Source: Bacteroidales bacterium
GTDB lineage: Bacteria > Bacteroidota > Bacteroidia > Bacteroidales > VadinHA17
NCBI GenBank assembly: GCA_003141895.1
Contig: PLNT01000036.1
Location: forward strand, 117,195 to 181,194
Length of the DNA: 64,000 nt
Reading direction: 5' to 3'
Below, in pieces: positions 60,406 through 64,000 of this stretch; the first letter of the stretch is position 1; each line of letters begins with the position of its first letter. The notes below the pieces were generated by a model. The model had not been told where the DNA came from. It made no database searches and saw nothing but the letters and a program-made list of their open reading frames with translations. Position numbers and translations under genes: made by a program.

Positions 60406-63400
60406 TTCCTTCCCCTTCTCCGCAAGTGCCTGGCGTATCAGCTTCCTCAACTCCAGTTGTTTGGTTTCAACCTCATGTCTCGCGGTCGGTCTGAAATATT
60501 CCGCGTAACGGCATTTGACAAGCTTATATGACAGTTTATCCACATTGCCTTTTATATCGACTCCGAGCTTAATAGGCAGCGGACAATCAACCACGGAAAC
60601 ATGGTAATCGAAAGTCATGTCCAGGTTATGACGCCCTGCTACAACTGCCTTGTATTTATCCATGACAATCAGGAAAGGATAGATATCAATTTCGTTACGG
60701 AAGATCGTGAATTCAGCCGCCAGGGAATCAACCTTGTTCTGGGTCTTTTTGTTGAACCTGAGCTTTTTGGCAATCTCAGTGAAGGTCTGACCATCCATCA
60801 GTATCAGGTTATTTCCTTTAATTGCCGCAGCGCCACGTAATGTCGATTTTTTGGGATTATATAAAGAATCGAGGTATGTTTCGACAGCAATGTGAAATTC
60901 ACCCTTCCCACCGAATGATCTCAGCATGGGCATCATAGAATCAATGTCAGGGATCATAGTGAGCAATTGACTGATCTCGATATCCATCATATGATAATCA
61001 ATTCCGAGATACAGGTGGTTTTTGCGGGGTGTGCGGTACATAGCCGTCAGCTGCATCCTTGCTGCAGGAGTAGTAAATTTAAGTCCGTCGAGAAGGAGTA
61101 TGCCGTCATGAACCTGCACGGCACCTGTAATATTTGTAGCTGTGTCAACGCCTATAGTAGCCAGTTTGATGTCAGCATTAAGAGTCACATCAATTTTCTT
61201 TGGCACCATATAGGGACCGGTGCTGACAGTATCAACCGATGTGTTTTCATACTTGGTTGCACTTGTTGAATCATGAGTGCCTATTCCGCTTGTCAGTGCC
61301 ATGAGCTGGGCAACATCGGTCTTATTCGATACAAAACTGAATTTTCCTCTCAAAATTGAATCGCCGCGGAAATATGATAACACGTTATTTAAATTGCCTG
61401 TCAGCTGAAAATCAGATTTGCCTATTTTCATGCTGCTTTCCTTAATGCTGAACGTCTCAGGGTCGAAATCCATCTTTACGGATGGGATCTCGATCTGATT
61501 TGTAAGTTCCGACATGGTAATCAAGCCCTGATTCATGTCAATGTAACCTTTCACGAGCCACTGCAGGAATATATCTTTCTGTGTGTTGTCATTCGAAATG
61601 TCAAGGTCTGTATTAATTTTATTAATAGTTGCAGTGTTTTTACCCATAGCTGTTTTCAGCTCACCGCTGTTATACGATAAAATTATATGCGGCTGAAGAG
61701 GGTTACCCGGTCTGGGAGATACCGCCACTTTTCCATGTGGAGCTGCAATTGAGATTGACATGTCATTCATTCCTGCTGACATTGCGTCCATGCTGAAGCT
61801 GCAAATAAAATCGGGTATCCTCGTAGTATCTCTGACGTCTGATGTTTCAAGGATAAATGACGATCTTGTAAACGAGGCGTTATAGCTTGCAATTTTCCCT
61901 GCCACAAGATTGTCCGAAATTATTGATGCAAAAACAAACCCGGTGTTTTTTGATAAAGGTTTATTGTTTGGCAATGCAAAATCGATCTTTGACCTGTCGG
62001 TTTTAAGCGATATGCTGTCATATTTAACATCAAAGTCAGACAATGTTACGGAGCCAGATAATTTCATCTTTTCAAATTGCATCTTCTCAACCTGGCTCAT
62101 TGTAAAACCCGACTTTACCTGTCCCGATGCTTTTCCCCTGACAGTAGTCTTCATACCCGCCGGGATCATACTGTTAAATTCATCAAGTGTCAATCCTGCT
62201 GTGCTGGTAAGATTGCATGAAATATCTTTAAACAGATGAGTTACCATACCCTCTGTGCTGAAAGTTGACTGCGGTGTTTTTGCCGTGAACCGGTTAATAC
62301 GGACGAACGAAAGTACGTCGCTTGTAAGATCAGTGTGAATCGTCAGATCACCATTAACATCATGAAGCGGTAACGGAAAAGCGGAGTACTTCAATGTTCC
62401 CTTTTCAAACAAGAGATGTATATCCATAAGCGGCATATGCGAACCGTTATAGATGCCTTTGATACTCCCATCTGACGAGAGCAATCCGTCAACATCAATT
62501 CCGTTGAAATATGACTTATATGAAGCCGGCACAAGTGCCAGGATATTTTTAACCGGCCATGATACGAGTTTATAAGTCAGGTCTGTACTAATGTTCTTGC
62601 TTACTGTGTCATTTTCAATAGTCCCGTTAAGCATCAATTTCAAATCATTTATTGAAGCAGTTGCGTTTTTGAGTGTTATGAACTCACGTGAAGTGATTAC
62701 ATCTAACGGAAGATCAAATTCTACTGCAGCCTGCTGAAGATATTTTTCTCCGCCATAATCGAGCGATATCATTGAAGAGCTTACCTTAATATTGCCGCTT
62801 ATATTATCCTTTATAACTGTTCCGCTAATTTTTGCACTCAGGTCATGGATCTCAGTGTTAAGCTTTTCTTTGGTATCTGTAACCGATAACATTGAAGTGT
62901 TTACGGTAACATTTCCGCTTATACTATCGTGGGAAACTTTTCCGTTAATTTTAGCACTCAGGTTACGGATCACAGTGTTAAGCTTTAATGACAGATCGTT
63001 ATAATGAAGACTGACATTTTTCACTTCAATATTCCTTATGTCAATGAAAGGCATTTCGGTTTTTGACGCTGCTGCCGGGGCCGGGTTTGTATCCGGAGGC
63101 ATGATGTTATAGTTAGTATGTCCGAGGCTGTCGGAATAAACGTTAACCGATCCCCCGTTCATCTCCAACCCAATAAGAATAATATCTTTATTTTTCCAGT
63201 ATGCCTTTGCATCTACGACTCCAACCAGCTCATTTACACTCACCAGGGTATCAGTCATAGAACCATTGACAGGGTTGATTAATGCAAAATCCTTCACCTT
63301 CAATCCAAAGTTCGGGAATGTGCTGAAGAATGTTAATTCCACTGAACCTATTTCCGACTTGCAGGTGATATATTTCGCTGCCTGTTTGCGAACTATAGGA

Positions 63401-63510
63401 GTGATCCTTGCAGGAGTAAAAACAATCCAGATTACAATACATATCGCAACGATCAGAACTCCCAGCAATGAAAGAAGAGAAATAAAGAAAATCTTTATGA
63501 ATTTTTTCAT
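60403..63510 (-). CDS. AsmA family / AsmA-like C-terminal domain protein (large membrane-anchored beta-rich protein)
   Basis: 1035 aa with an N-terminal TM anchor (FFISLLSLLGVLIVAICIVIWIV) and a long beta-rich body. An internal 40-aa tandem duplication lies at DNA 62768-63000. Confidence 0.6.
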   Translation of the reverse strand: MKKFIKIFFISLLSLLGVLIVAICIVIWIVFTPARITPIVRKQAAKYITCKSEIGSVELTFFSTFPNFGLKVKDFALINPVNGSMTDTLVSVNELVGVVDAKAYWKNKDIILIGLEMNGGSVNVYSDSLGHTNYNIMPPDTNPAPAAASKTEMPFIDIRNIEVKNVSLHYNDLSLKLNTVIRNLSAKINGKVSHDSISGNVTVNTSMLSVTDTKEKLNTEIHDLSAKISGTVIKDNISGNIKVSSSMISLDYGGEKYLQQAAVEFDLPLDVITSREFITLKNATASINDLKLMLNGTIENDTVSKNISTDLTYKLVSWPVKNILALVPASYKSYFNGIDVDGLLSSDGSIKGIYNGSHMPLMDIHLLFEKGTLKYSAFPLPLHDVNGDLTIHTDLTSDVLSFVRINRFTAKTPQSTFSTEGMVTHLFKDISCNLTSTAGLTLDEFNSMIPAGMKTTVRGKASGQVKSGFTMSQVEKMQFEKMKLSGSVTLSDFDVKYDSISLKTDRSKIDFALPNNKPLSKNTGFVFASIISDNLVAGKIASYNASFTRSSFILETSDVRDTTRIPDFICSFSMDAMSAGMNDMSISIAAPHGKVAVSPRPGNPLQPHIILSYNSGELKTAMGKNTATINKINTDLDISNDNTQKDIFLQWLVKGYIDMNQGLITMSELTNQIEIPSVKMDFDPETFSIKESSMKIGKSDFQLTGNLNNVLSYFRGDSILRGKFSFVSNKTDVAQLMALTSGIGTHDSTSATKYENTSVDTVSTGPYMVPKKIDVTLNADIKLATIGVDTATNITGAVQVHDGILLLDGLKFTTPAARMQLTAMYRTPRKNHLYLGIDYHMMDIEISQLLTMIPDIDSMMPMLRSFGGKGEFHIAVETYLDSLYNPKKSTLRGAAAIKGNNLILMDGQTFTEIAKKLRFNKKTQNKVDSLAAEFTIFRNEIDIYPFLIVMDKYKAVVAGRHNLDMTFDYHVSVVDCPLPIKLGVDIKGNVDKLSYKLVKCRYAEYFRPTARHEVETKQLELRKLIRQALAEKGKE

Positions 63511-63556
63511 GGAATATTCAATTCAATGATTAACAACTTATGGCAGCAGTGGTATT

Positions 63557-63922
63557 TTACTTGCCCACCTTGGTAAAGGAGGAGCTTACTCCAAAACTAT
63601 CATGATATTTCAATGAAGTTGCAGTTAAATCCGTAACTGTATAGACCTTGGGTACGGAGCCGCCTATCTCAAGGGTGTGGATCTGTGTCAATAAATCTTT
63701 TTCAAGCGTCCAGGTAAATGCCTGTGCTTCTGCTTCGGTGACATTATCGGATGTATCCCAGGTGCCTCCTGTGCCGTCAGCAGCATATTTATAGAATAAG
63801 GTTCCTGACTGCCATTTTCCTGTCAGCAGGGATTGATCGAAAGTTGTATCAGTCTTTGTACATGAAACAGCAAGAAGAGTGACCACAGTCAGCATTGTGA
63901 GATATCGAAGTGTCTTTTTCAT
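63557..63922 (-). CDS. small lipoprotein, lipocalin-like
   Basis: The start is moved to MKKTLRYLTMLTVVTLLAVSCTK (lipobox). LTGKWQSGTLFYKY...WTLEKDLLTQIH is typical of lipocalin-like domain lipoproteins. Confidence 0.5.
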   Translation of the reverse strand: MKKTLRYLTMLTVVTLLAVSCTKTDTTFDQSLLTGKWQSGTLFYKYAADGTGGTWDTSDNVTEAEAQAFTWTLEKDLLTQIHTLEIGGSVPKVYTVTDLTATSLKYHDSFGVSSSFTKVGK

Positions 63923-64000
63923 AATTACAGTGGATTTAGAAATAAATTGATTAATAATCATTCATTAAAGTAGTTAGAAAATCCAATACTGAAATTCCAG

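Overview
This 64 kb window reads as a chromosomal segment of an AT-rich Bacteroidota-type genome. That assignment is inferred from gene content only: a FISUMP/TIGR02145-type domain, DUF4097 and DUF2807 adhesin-like proteins, a lipid-A-deacylase-like OMP, ECF sigma/anti-sigma modules, a sigma54 two-component system and many signal-peptide or lipoprotein N-termini. I can support about 57 CDS and 6 pseudogene remnants. I found no tRNA, rRNA, CRISPR array, transposase or integrase. The region 0-36 kb and the region 49.6-64 kb are mostly envelope, regulatory and carbohydrate genes. They include an ECF sigma/anti-sigma/2xDUF4097 operon, a hybrid histidine kinase, a DEAD-box helicase, a MacB-type ABC pump with a divergent sigma54 regulator pair, and GlgP flanked by AsmA-like genes. 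An accessory, defence/mobile-looking island lies at about 36.2-49.6 kb. It carries hipBA, a PD-(D/E)xK + P-loop DUF2075 (Nhi/Schlafen-helicase-like) gene, and an XRE-ImmA/IrrE cassette bracketed by a duplicated, decayed DUF2075 3' end. It also carries a GC-rich, apparently structured 320-nt non-coding block, a PARP/DUF3990-like H-Y protein with an overlapping 59-codon upstream ORF, and an ORF6N gene. The remaining island genes are a Cys-rich protein, a retropepsin-like gene flanked by 142-bp direct repeats, and a divergent ThyA homologue with two long insertions. The most unusual signal is non-genic. Almost every intergenic space is filled with (i) tandem arrays of degenerate octamers (GGTCTTGC family, GCCTTTRC/GCCGTTAC family and minor families), often starting at or within a few nt of a stop codon. 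It is also filled with (ii) GC-rich palindromic modules nested into each other's loops, in the manner of REP/BIME mosaics. These repeats account for most of the spurious ORFs in the six-frame track. All functional calls come from motif recognition by eye and were not checked against any database.
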